This document shows, piece by piece, positions 19,366 to 27,674 of a DNA stretch of 64,000 nt. The translations under genes and the position numbers were made by a program. The notes under the pieces were generated by a model. That model saw nothing but the letters and a program-made list of their open reading frames with translations, did not search any database and had not been told where the DNA came from. Origin of the DNA: Candidatus Omnitrophota bacterium (lineage in GTDB: Bacteria; Omnitrophota; Gorgyraeia; Gygaellales; Profunditerraquicolaceae); contig JALOQK010000003.1 of NCBI GenBank assembly GCA_025453395.1, forward strand, positions 82,711-146,710, in the 5' to 3' direction. The number at the start of each line of letters is the position of its first letter. The stretch's first letter is position 1.

Positions 19366-20466
19366 GCTTAAAATCGCCCCGCCTACCGCCCACCAGATCC
19401 AGGATATTTCTGGAAGAAAAAAACTGAAGCTGAATAAATTGTCTATTAGAAAAACCAGATACGCCCCCATTAAGGCGGATGCTTGGGGATTATGGGTTTT
19501 TATTCTTTTGGCGCCATAGAAAAAAACAGAAAAAACCAGGCACAGAAAGGCAGTCAGGCTTAATATTCCAGATTCCGCCCATAACTGCAAATATGATTGA
19601 TGCGCGAAGCGTGAGTGGGCCAGGTTAAAATTACCGCTTCCTATGCCAAATGCCGGGCTTCTTTGGATTATCTGCCAGGTTTGTTCCCAGTATTCCAGGC
19701 GCATCTGGGCAGAAAACCCGGGAGAAAAATGTTGCTTTAGGTAAAGCATTCTGAATAAAAATACCGCGGCAATAGATATGGCGATTGCCCCCAGATACAG
19801 CAGCCATTTTTTGTTCATCTTCGCGGTTAAAACAAAAAATAATGCCAGGCCCGCGCATATGCTGACAAGCGCGCTGATGGAACCGGTAAGAAGCAAAGCG
19901 AAGAATAATATCAAGCACAAATACGCTCTTTTTTTTAAGCCTGCCGCTATAAGAATAACCATGGCCAAATACGCGCCAAGGATATTAGCGGTTACAAAGG
20001 GCAAGAATACGCGTCTTGTGCCTAAAGAATCCGAAGCAAAATGGTTTATAATATTTTTCCCCGCCATGTATTCTTGCGTGTGAGAGAAGCCGAAGAAATA
20101 TTGGTAAATAGCAAGTATTGCTATTATTATCCCCGAGAAGACCACGCAGTAGATTAATTTCTGGCGTTGCTTATCTTTTAAGAAGCCGGCGCAAATAAAA
20201 ATAAGCCCTGATGCGGCATATTGCAGTATCCTTTCTAATCCCAGATCCGGATTAGGCAAAGCCAACATTAATAGATAGGGCAACAAAACAAACGCTCCCA
20301 CCATCCAGAGGGTAAATCCCGGTATTTTTACATCTTTTATATTTTTCAATACCCAAAACAGAAGAAATATGATGCACAGGCAAGTATAAACTGTATTTTC
20401 AAGTGGATAAGCCATTGATGAAAGAAAAGGCCTCAGGCAGATGAAGATTAGGAATGGGTATAACAT
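19357..20466 (-). CDS. O-antigen ligase / Wzy_C family membrane protein
   Basis: Many TMs, PF..ANILGAYL, LLTGS, MRL.YW, P.FGIGSGNF, AHQSYLQLWAESG. Confidence 0.85.
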   Translation of the reverse strand: MLYPFLIFICLRPFLSSMAYPLENTVYTCLCIIFLLFWVLKNIKDVKIPGFTLWMVGAFVLLPYLLMLALPNPDLGLERILQYAASGLIFICAGFLKDKQRQKLIYCVVFSGIIIAILAIYQYFFGFSHTQEYMAGKNIINHFASDSLGTRRVFLPFVTANILGAYLAMVILIAAGLKKRAYLCLILFFALLLTGSISALVSICAGLALFFVLTAKMNKKWLLYLGAIAISIAAVFLFRMLYLKQHFSPGFSAQMRLEYWEQTWQIIQRSPAFGIGSGNFNLAHSRFAHQSYLQLWAESGILSLTAFLCLVFSVFFYGAKRIKTHNPQASALMGAYLVFLIDNLFSFSFFLPEISWIWWAVGGAILSLS

Positions 20467-20488
20467 TGTGTTATAATATTATGCAAAA
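20467..20488. promoter_or_regulatory. Compact bidirectional promoter candidate between divergent genes
   Basis: 22-bp gap with TGtTATAAT (20469-20477, +) abutting CATAAT (20483-20478, -); no SD on either side. Confidence 0.4.
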
Positions 20489-21421
20489 ATGGATAAGTCA
20501 AACGAATTAGTAAGCGTTATTATTGTGGCCTCCGGCATTTCAAGGTATTTGTTTGACTGCCTTGTTTCAGTGCATGCTCAAAGCCACTCTCATCTGCAGG
20601 TCATAGTTATTGATAACAGCCTGAACAGTTTCTTATCAGGCAAGATTAAACGGGCCGCCCCCTCGGCCCATTTGCACATTTGCCAAGTTTCAACTTCTTA
20701 TTGTGACTCTTTAAACATCGGCATAGAAAAAAGTAGCGCAGAGTATATACTCTGCTTGAATGATGATGTTATCCTTGAAAATAACTTTTTGGAAGAGGCG
20801 CTTAAAGGATTCTTATCTGGAGTGGGCATGGTAAGCGGCAAGATCTTGCGCATGGATAAGAAAACCATAGACACCACCGGCCTTTTTTTAAGCTGTTTCA
20901 GGACCCCACGCGAGCGGGGGTATTCTCAAAAAGACCGCAGGAAATTCCAGGATCCCGGTTTTTGTTTTGGCGTAAACGGGGCAGTTGCTTTATATAAAAA
21001 AGAGATGCTTGATAAAATTAAAGAGGAAAATTATTTTGATTCAAGTTTTGGCTTCTTTTATGAAGACTTGGATATTGCTTGGCGCGCCCAGCGTAAAGGC
21101 TGGAAAGGCTTTTATGCCCCCTTGGCAGTGGCATATCACGCCAGAGGCGCTACCTTAAGAAAAGAAGCTGTAAGTGGGAAAATTTTTGCCAGAGCAAGTA
21201 TAAGCGACAGCTTATTAGCCGACTTGATAAAAAATAGATATCTTGCTATTATTAAGAACGAGTCGCTCTTAGGGTTTTTATGGCATTTACCGGAAATACT
21301 AATCTATGATTGCGCTGCTTGGTCGTATTGTTTGTTATTCAGGCCTGGCGCAGCAGTAATATTTTTATCACGCTTAAAAATAATTCAGTACGCGTTAAAG
21401 AAGCGATTGGCCAAGAAATGA
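20489..21421 (+). CDS. Glycosyltransferase family 2
   Basis: VSVIIV, VIVIDN, LNDD, GAVALY, FFYEDLDIAWRA, AYHAR. Confidence 0.9.
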   Translation: MDKSNELVSVIIVASGISRYLFDCLVSVHAQSHSHLQVIVIDNSLNSFLSGKIKRAAPSAHLHICQVSTSYCDSLNIGIEKSSAEYILCLNDDVILENNFLEEALKGFLSGVGMVSGKILRMDKKTIDTTGLFLSCFRTPRERGYSQKDRRKFQDPGFCFGVNGAVALYKKEMLDKIKEENYFDSSFGFFYEDLDIAWRAQRKGWKGFYAPLAVAYHARGATLRKEAVSGKIFARASISDSLLADLIKNRYLAIIKNESLLGFLWHLPEILIYDCAAWSYCLLFRPGAAVIFLSRLKIIQYALKKRLAKK

Positions 21422-22047
21422 AAAAGCCTCCGGAAATATCAATTAGCCGTTTAAGCCTGTATCTGAGGTTTTTGGATGATTACCTGCGCCAAAAAGGCCT
21501 GAATGCCACAATTAGCTCTGAAGAATTAGCTCAACAACTTGACCTTAATCCGCATCAAATCCGCAAAGATCTTTCATACTTTGGTAAATTCGGCTCTCCC
21601 GGAGTGGGGTATCGGGCCCAAGAGTTAAAGTCCAGGGTTTCTGAGATTTTGGGCTTACGCAGGAAATGGAATTTATGTATTTGCGGAAGCGGGAATCTGG
21701 GGGCAGCCTTAGCCGCTTATGAAGGGTTTAAGAAAATGAATTTACACATCGTAGCTTTATTTGACAATGATCCGCTTAAAATAGGAAAAAAGTTTCAAGG
21801 GATCGATGTCTATAGCACTAAAGGCATGGCTTCGGTGTTAGCTTGGCTTAAAGTGGATATTGCCATTATTGCTGTGCCCCAAGAAGCGGCCCAGGCGCTT
21901 GCCGATAAATTAGCGGACGCAGGGGTTAAGGCTATACTTAACTTTGCCCCGGTTTCTCTCTCATCTTCCAAAGAAATAAAAATAAGAAACATGGATGTGG
22001 CGGCAGAATTGCTTAACCTCACCTATTTTTTATCCACCGCAAGATAA
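21418..22047 (+). CDS. rex: Redox-sensing transcriptional repressor Rex
   Basis: RLSLYLR, ISS.ELA, QIRKDLSYFG.FG..G.GY, GSGNLG, ILNFAP; ATG 21418 overlaps the upstream stop (ATGA). Confidence 0.93.
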   Translation: MKKPPEISISRLSLYLRFLDDYLRQKGLNATISSEELAQQLDLNPHQIRKDLSYFGKFGSPGVGYRAQELKSRVSEILGLRRKWNLCICGSGNLGAALAAYEGFKKMNLHIVALFDNDPLKIGKKFQGIDVYSTKGMASVLAWLKVDIAIIAVPQEAAQALADKLADAGVKAILNFAPVSLSSSKEIKIRNMDVAAELLNLTYFLSTAR

Positions 22048-22085
22048 AATATCATTTCTCGACGCTGATTGCCCGTAGAAATTCC

Positions 22086-22114
22086 TTGACAAAAGCCGCC
22101 CATTGTGATAAAAA
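22086..22114 (+). promoter_or_regulatory. Sigma70-type promoter for the ATP-grasp/KamA operon
   Basis: TTGACA (22086-91), 17-bp spacer, TG-n-TAAAAA (22106-14). Confidence 0.55.
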
Positions 22115-22186
22115 ATAAATAAGAAGCAAATAAACTTACAGAGAAAGAAAAGACAAAACTTGGAAAAAATATAGAAGTTTAAAGAA

Positions 22187-22216
22187 AAGGGCTAAGAAGG
22201 GGCCCTTATTTTTTTT
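22187..22216 (+). terminator. Intrinsic terminator-like hairpin 13 nt upstream of the first ATP-grasp gene
   Basis: AAGGGC(T)/(G)GCCCTT stem followed by A and a T8 run. Confidence 0.5.
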
Positions 22217-22229
22217 GTTTTACTTATAA

Positions 22230-23219
22230 ATGAAAACAGTTGGTTTGACCTACGATTTAAAAACAGAATATAAATTCAAAGAAAACGACCCGCCTGACGC
22301 AAACGCCGAGTTTGACCATCCGTCTACCATCGAGGTTATCGCAAACGCCATTGAATCTCAAGGTTTTAAGGTAAAAAAAATCGGAAACGCCTATAATGTT
22401 ATGGAAGGTATGGGCAAATTAGGCGTGGATATCGTGTTTAATATTTCTGAAGGCATTTCCGGAAGAAACCGTGAATCACAGGTTCCTCTTTTGCTGGAAA
22501 TGTCCGGGGTGCCTTTTGTGGGATCGGATGCCTTAACTTTAGGCTTAACCTTGGATAAGGTCATGGCCAAAAAAATATTTATCTCGGAGAAAATACCTAC
22601 CCCGAAATTCTTTGAAATAAAATCCCTGGATGCTTTAGTGGATTCAGACCACCTGCATTATCCCTTGATCGTTAAACCTCGCTTTGAAGGCTCGTCCAAA
22701 GGATTAACCGAAAGCTCGCGTGTGGAAAATATGGAGGAGCTTAAGAAACAAGCAGATCAAATTATAAATATGTATAAGCAGCCTGCTCTTATTGAAGAAT
22801 TTATTGTCGGCCAGGAATTTACAGTTGCCCTGGTGGGAAATGACCCGGTTGAAGTTTTGCCTCCGGTGCAGATCAAGATAGACGGAAAATTAAAACTCAA
22901 TGAGAAATTTTATACCTTTTCGCGGATCACCTCTGATCGTTTGGAATATATTTGCCCGGCTAAGATAAGCGCAGAATTAAGAGATAAGATATCGCAGATA
23001 GCTTTAAAGGTATATAATGCGGTTGAATGCTGTGATTTCGGCAGGGTGGATTTTAGGGTCACAAACGACGGGCATCCTTATGTCTTAGAGATCAATCCTT
23101 TACCTTCGCTTTCCACGGAAGATGTTTTTCAAATAGTAGCCAGAGAAACAGGTATATCTTATGAACAGATTATCGGCAAGATTTTAAACGCGGCCCTAAA
23201 AAGGCACAACCTGAATTAA
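22230..23219 (+). CDS. D-Ala-D-Ala-ligase-like ATP-grasp enzyme 1 (KamA-associated type)
   Basis: VFNISEG..GRNRESQVP, GSD...L..TLDK, VKP.FEGSSKG, EEFI.G.EFTV, RVDFR, LEINPLP; lacks the canonical Ddl GGxSxE and LHGxxGEDG motifs. Confidence 0.85.
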   Translation: MKTVGLTYDLKTEYKFKENDPPDANAEFDHPSTIEVIANAIESQGFKVKKIGNAYNVMEGMGKLGVDIVFNISEGISGRNRESQVPLLLEMSGVPFVGSDALTLGLTLDKVMAKKIFISEKIPTPKFFEIKSLDALVDSDHLHYPLIVKPRFEGSSKGLTESSRVENMEELKKQADQIINMYKQPALIEEFIVGQEFTVALVGNDPVEVLPPVQIKIDGKLKLNEKFYTFSRITSDRLEYICPAKISAELRDKISQIALKVYNAVECCDFGRVDFRVTNDGHPYVLEINPLPSLSTEDVFQIVARETGISYEQIIGKILNAALKRHNLN

Positions 23220-23221
23220 AA

Positions 23222-24232
23222 ATGAAAGTCGCCCTGACTTATAATTTAAAGAAAAAAGACGAGACCAAGCCCATAGATTATTTCTCCGAGTTTGATACTC
23301 AGGATACAATTAATGCTATAGTAGGCGCCCTCCAATCCCGCGGGCATGATGTAACCCCGGTTGAAGCAGAGTATGAAAATCTTTTTAGCTTCTTCAAAAA
23401 TAATAAGGTTGATATGGTTTTTAATGTTGCCGAAGGAAAATCCGGGAAGATGCGCGAGTCAGAGATCCCGGCGCTTTTGGAGTATTTACGAATTCCGCAC
23501 ACAGGCTCCAATACTTTTTCTCTGGCCATTGCCTTAAATAAGGCGGTTACCAAGAAAATATTAAGCGCGGAGAATATTCCTACTCCGCGTTATCAGCTTT
23601 TTAGCAAGACAGACGAAGAGCTGAATCCAGAACTTAAGTTTCCTTTGATTGTAAAGCCCAATTGCGAAGGCTCTGCCAAAGGGATTAATAAAACAAGCGT
23701 TGTGCATGATCAGGGTGAATTATCCCGGGAAGTATACAGAGTAATTTCTGTTTATCATCAGGAAGCGTTAGTAGAGGAATTTATCAATGGCAGAGAATTT
23801 ACCGTCGGGATATTAGAAGATGATAAAACCACTATTTTGCCGGTGATGGAAATAGATTTTGCAAGCTGTGAAAAAAGCGGGGAATATTTTTATTCCTGGA
23901 GGATGAAAGAATACCAGGGCAATGCTGAGTTAGGCCTTACTCCCACATTTCATTGCCCGGCGGCCCTTGATAAAGAAACCGAAAGAAAAATAAAAGAAGT
24001 GGCTCTCAGGACGCATCATGCCATTGGATGTTTTGATATTTCGCGTACTGATATACGCTTGAGCGAAGATAATATTCCTTATGTCTTGGAAATCAATCCT
24101 TTGCCGGGTTTATCCCCCAGAGATTCCAATTTCCCCTTGATGGCGTATGCCAATGGCATGCGTTATGAAGATCTAATTGAGGCGATCCTTAAGAGCGCCT
24201 GCAAAAGAAAGGAAAAAATTGAGCCAGCTTGA
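23222..24232 (+). CDS. D-Ala-D-Ala-ligase-like ATP-grasp enzyme 2 (paralogue of the upstream gene)
   Basis: VFNVAEG...RESEIP, VKPNCEGSAKGI, EEFINGREFTV, RTDIR, LEINPLPGL. Confidence 0.85.
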   Translation: MKVALTYNLKKKDETKPIDYFSEFDTQDTINAIVGALQSRGHDVTPVEAEYENLFSFFKNNKVDMVFNVAEGKSGKMRESEIPALLEYLRIPHTGSNTFSLAIALNKAVTKKILSAENIPTPRYQLFSKTDEELNPELKFPLIVKPNCEGSAKGINKTSVVHDQGELSREVYRVISVYHQEALVEEFINGREFTVGILEDDKTTILPVMEIDFASCEKSGEYFYSWRMKEYQGNAELGLTPTFHCPAALDKETERKIKEVALRTHHAIGCFDISRTDIRLSEDNIPYVLEINPLPGLSPRDSNFPLMAYANGMRYEDLIEAILKSACKRKEKIEPA

Positions 24233-25424
24233 TAACTCCCAAGGAAACAGCGCTTTAGAGACACAAAAGCAGCAGGTGGAATTTTCTCCTTCGATACGAA
24301 CCTCCAGAAGATCCAGAGATTATCAGCAGATTGGGATCTACAAAGATGTCAATCCGTTAGATTGGGAGGATTGGCATTGGCAGATCAAGAACAGGGTTTG
24401 CACCAGAGATGTCCTTTCGCAGATAATCCGCTTGACAGCTGATGAGGAAAAAGGGATTGAAAAAGCTAAGGGTAGATTATCCATGGCGATTACTCCTTAT
24501 TGGGCGGCGCTTTTGGATGCAGATGACCCGCAGTGCCCGATTAGAAGGCAGGCTGTGCCGGTAAAAGACGAGTCAGCTGTTTCCGCGCATGAAATGACTG
24601 ATCCTTGCGCCGAAGACAGGGATTCTCCGGCGCCGCATTTGGTGCATCGTTATCCCGACAGGGCGCTTTTATTGGCAACTGATCATTGCGCGATGTACTG
24701 CCGCCACTGCACCCGCAGGCGTTTAGTGGGAGACCATGTTGAAGAAAAAACCAATGGAGTGGACAAATTTGACGCGGCAATCGAATATTTAAGCCAGAAT
24801 AAGAAAATAAGGGATGTGCTTATTTCCGGAGGAGACCCGCTTTTCTTGGAAGATGAGCAGTTAGAATCTTTGATCCAAAGGATCCGGGCCATTTCGCATA
24901 TTGAATTTTTGCGCATTGGAACGCGCATTCCGGTTACCTTGCCGCAACGCATTACCGAAAATCTGGTGAATATGCTTAAGAAATATTCGCCCATTTGGAT
25001 GAGCATACACTTTAACCATCCCAAAGAAATTACCAAGCGTTGCAAGATCGCCTGCGATATGCTGGCGGATTCAGGTATTCCTTTGGGAAGTCAGTCTGTG
25101 CTTTTAAAAGGCATCAATGACCGGCCGTATATCATGAGAAAATTGGTGCATGAATTACTGCAAGTTCGAGTTAGGCCGTATTATATTTACCAGTGCGATC
25201 CGGTTAAAGGCACCCAGCATTTCCGCACTCCGGTTGCCACGGGCATTAACATCATGGAAAAACTGCGCGGGCATACTTCAGGTTACGCGGTTCCTACTTA
25301 TGTAATTGATGGTCCTGGAGGAGGCGGTAAGATCCCGGTGGGCCCTAATTACATTCTTTCCCAGGCTAAGGGAAAATATGTGTTACGCAATTACAAGGGC
25401 AAGATTTATACCTATCTAGAGTAA
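24219..25424 (+). CDS. kamA: KamA-family PLP-dependent radical SAM aminomutase (lysine 2,3-aminomutase-like)
   Basis: DWHWQ..N, HRYPDR, CAMYCRHCTRRR, SGGDPL, YQCD, VIDGPGGGGKIPV (PLP Lys); TTG start at 24219 follows SD AAAGGA. Confidence 0.9.
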   Translation: MSQLDNSQGNSALETQKQQVEFSPSIRTSRRSRDYQQIGIYKDVNPLDWEDWHWQIKNRVCTRDVLSQIIRLTADEEKGIEKAKGRLSMAITPYWAALLDADDPQCPIRRQAVPVKDESAVSAHEMTDPCAEDRDSPAPHLVHRYPDRALLLATDHCAMYCRHCTRRRLVGDHVEEKTNGVDKFDAAIEYLSQNKKIRDVLISGGDPLFLEDEQLESLIQRIRAISHIEFLRIGTRIPVTLPQRITENLVNMLKKYSPIWMSIHFNHPKEITKRCKIACDMLADSGIPLGSQSVLLKGINDRPYIMRKLVHELLQVRVRPYYIYQCDPVKGTQHFRTPVATGINIMEKLRGHTSGYAVPTYVIDGPGGGGKIPVGPNYILSQAKGKYVLRNYKGKIYTYLE

Positions 25425-25445
25425 AACAGGGGATGGTTTTATCCC

Positions 25446-25474
25446 TTGACCCGCCTTTTTGTGTATTATATAAT
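25446..25474 (+). promoter_or_regulatory. Sigma70-type promoter for the EF-G paralogue
   Basis: TTGACC (25446-51), 17 bp, TATAAT (25469-74). Confidence 0.7.
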
Positions 25475-25542
25475 TAATAAACCTTAGGAATATCCATAAA
25501 AATATATAGTCTATTTATCTTTTGATAATATACTAACCCGAA

Positions 25543-25607
25543 GACTCCGCGCAAAATCGCGGAGTTAAATAAACAATAAGCGCCAGTGGTATTGTTTATT
25601 TAAGGAG
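25543..25607 (+). promoter_or_regulatory. Two-hairpin 5' leader; the second stem overlaps the SD
   Basis: ACTCCGCG/CGCGGAGT (25544-51/25558-65) and a perfect 14-bp TTAAATAAACAATA/TATTGTTTATTTAA stem (25565-78/25590-603); SD AAGGAG at 25602-07. Confidence 0.5.
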
Positions 25608-25616
25608 CTAAAATAT

Positions 25617-27557
25617 ATGGATACCAAGAACAAGCGCAATTTTATTCTTTTGGGCCATGCCCAGTCAGGCAAGACTTCCTTGGCAGAAAGCATGCTCTTT
25701 TTTGCTCATGCTACAACCCGCAAAGGCGCAATCAACGAAGGCAATACTGTTAGTGATTATAGCTTTGACGAAATTGAAAGAAAAAGTTCAATTAACGCCG
25801 GCTTTTTATATTGTGATTATAAGGGTTGCCGCATCCAGATGGTGGATGCTCCGGGTTACGCGGATTTTTTTGGCGAACCTCTATCATCTGCGCGCGCAGT
25901 AGACAGCGCCATAATCGTGGTAGATGCCGCAAGCGGCATAGAAGTAGGCACGGAAAAAGCTTGGGATTTGGCAGAAGAGCAAAATCTGCCGGTAATGTTC
26001 TTTCTAAATAAAATAGACAAGGAAGGCGCCTCCGCCCAAAGAGTGCTGGCAGATTTAAAATCGCGCTTTTCTAAAGCCTGCGTGATTATTGAGACCTTGG
26101 AAGACCCGGATTTAATGGAGGCCATTGCCGAAAGCGATGATACTTTATTGGCAACCTATTTGGACACCCTGAAGCTTTCTGTTGACCAGATCAAAAACGG
26201 CCTGAAGCAGGCAGTTGTTAAGCGCAAACTTTTTCCGGTTTTAAGCGGCTCGGCGGTTACGGATAAAAGATTGCAGGATTTATTGGAGGATATCATAGAA
26301 TATATGCCTAATCCTCTTGAGCGCGCGCCTGTCTTGGCAGAAGATAAAGAAGTAAGCTTAACGCATGATGGGCCCTTCAGCGCCTTTGTCTTTAAGACCA
26401 TAGTTGACCCTTATGTTGGCCAGCTTACTTTATTAAGGGTTTTTTCCGGATCCCTGTCTTCCAATGGCACCTTTTATAATGCCACCAAGAAGCTCAAAGA
26501 GAAATTCGGCAGTATCTATATTTTGCAAGGAAAAGAACAGCGCGCGGTTGAGGCGGCTTCTTGCGGAGATATTGTGGCCATTGCCAAATTAAAAGACACC
26601 GTAACCGGCGATTCTTTAGCCAATGAAAAATCCCCGGTGTTGTTTGAGCCTCTTGTTTTTCCGGAGCCTGCGATTTCAGCTTCGGTGAAGCCTAAATCCC
26701 GCGCCGATGAGGATAAAATTTCCCTGGCCTTGCATAAGTTAGCCGCTGAAGACCCGACCTTTCATTTTACTCATGATCCCCAGAGTAAAGAGCTTATCAT
26801 TTCCGGGATGGGAGATTTGCATTTAGCGATTATGGTAGGAAGAATAAAAAAGCGCTTTAATGTGGAAGTAGAGCTTGGCACTCCCAAAGTAAGTTACAAA
26901 GAAACTATTACTAAGAAAATCAAGGTGCAGGGAAAATTCAAACGCCAGTCTGGCGGCCGCGGGCAATACGGCGATGTCTGGATTGAAATTGAGCCTAAGT
27001 TAAGAGGAGAAGGTTTTGAATTCGTAGATAAGATTTTTGGAGGTGCCATCCCAAGAAATTATATTCCTTCTGCGGAAAAAGGTATTTTGCAGGCTTGCTC
27101 TGAAGGCGCGGTTGCGGGTTATCCGATTGTGGATTTAAAAGTAACCCTGGTGGATGGTTCGTATCACGACGTAGATTCTTCGGATATGGCCTTTCAGATT
27201 GCCGGAGCCATGGCCTTAAGAAAGGCAGTGGCCGAGGCTGGGCCGGTTCTTCTTGAGCCGGTGATGCAGGTAGATATTTCTATACCTGAAGATTGCCTTG
27301 GCGGGGTAAGCGGAGACATAAATTCCCGCAGAGGCCACATGGCTGGTATGGAAGTAAAAGGTAAGACCCAAGTGTTAAAAGCCTCAATACCGCTTGCGGA
27401 AATGTTTACTTACGCTAATGACTTAAGGTCTTTAACCGGCGGCAGGGGAAGTTACACTATGCGTTTTTCGCATTATGCCGAGGTTCCGCATAAGATTGCC
27501 TCCACGATTATAAGCCACTATCAGGCTTCGCGTAAACAGGACGCGGAAAATCAGTAG
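25617..27557 (+). CDS. Elongation factor G paralogue (EF-G II type) with a shortened G' subdomain
   Basis: GHAQSGKT, DAPGY, NKID, GMGDLHL, YKETI, KRQSGGRGQYGDV, GSYHDVDSS, LLEP; switch I is RKSSI rather than RGITI; not in an rpsL-rpsG-fusA-tuf operon. Confidence 0.9.
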   Translation: MDTKNKRNFILLGHAQSGKTSLAESMLFFAHATTRKGAINEGNTVSDYSFDEIERKSSINAGFLYCDYKGCRIQMVDAPGYADFFGEPLSSARAVDSAIIVVDAASGIEVGTEKAWDLAEEQNLPVMFFLNKIDKEGASAQRVLADLKSRFSKACVIIETLEDPDLMEAIAESDDTLLATYLDTLKLSVDQIKNGLKQAVVKRKLFPVLSGSAVTDKRLQDLLEDIIEYMPNPLERAPVLAEDKEVSLTHDGPFSAFVFKTIVDPYVGQLTLLRVFSGSLSSNGTFYNATKKLKEKFGSIYILQGKEQRAVEAASCGDIVAIAKLKDTVTGDSLANEKSPVLFEPLVFPEPAISASVKPKSRADEDKISLALHKLAAEDPTFHFTHDPQSKELIISGMGDLHLAIMVGRIKKRFNVEVELGTPKVSYKETITKKIKVQGKFKRQSGGRGQYGDVWIEIEPKLRGEGFEFVDKIFGGAIPRNYIPSAEKGILQACSEGAVAGYPIVDLKVTLVDGSYHDVDSSDMAFQIAGAMALRKAVAEAGPVLLEPVMQVDISIPEDCLGGVSGDINSRRGHMAGMEVKGKTQVLKASIPLAEMFTYANDLRSLTGGRGSYTMRFSHYAEVPHKIASTIISHYQASRKQDAENQ

Positions 27558-27674
27558 GGATTTTAATAAACCATTAATTTATCCCGAAGTTCCGGATATA
27601 AATCTGTCCAGCGCGCCGGAAATTAAATAAAATACTCCGGGGCAATATTTTGGTGCTCCAGAAAGGTATGGATC

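Noticed and set aside
22103-22120. Full Rex operator
   Set aside because: Only the left half (TTGTGA) fits TTGTGAA-N4-TTCACAA; kept only as a weak note
7719-24218. Extended N-termini in the ORF track (7719, 9064, 13096, 21310, 24177; also 51213 and 53270)
   Set aside because: They overlap upstream genes or promoters; later starts fit SD position and family N-termini better
22230-24232. Housekeeping ddl or VanA-type resistance ligases
   Set aside because: Canonical Ddl/Van motifs are missing, there are no mur/fts or vanH/vanX neighbours, and the genes are coupled to KamA
24219-25424. EpmB (EF-P beta-lysylation) or glutamate 2,3-aminomutase
   Set aside because: No efp or epmA nearby; the PGGGGK motif and both Asp positions are KamA-like
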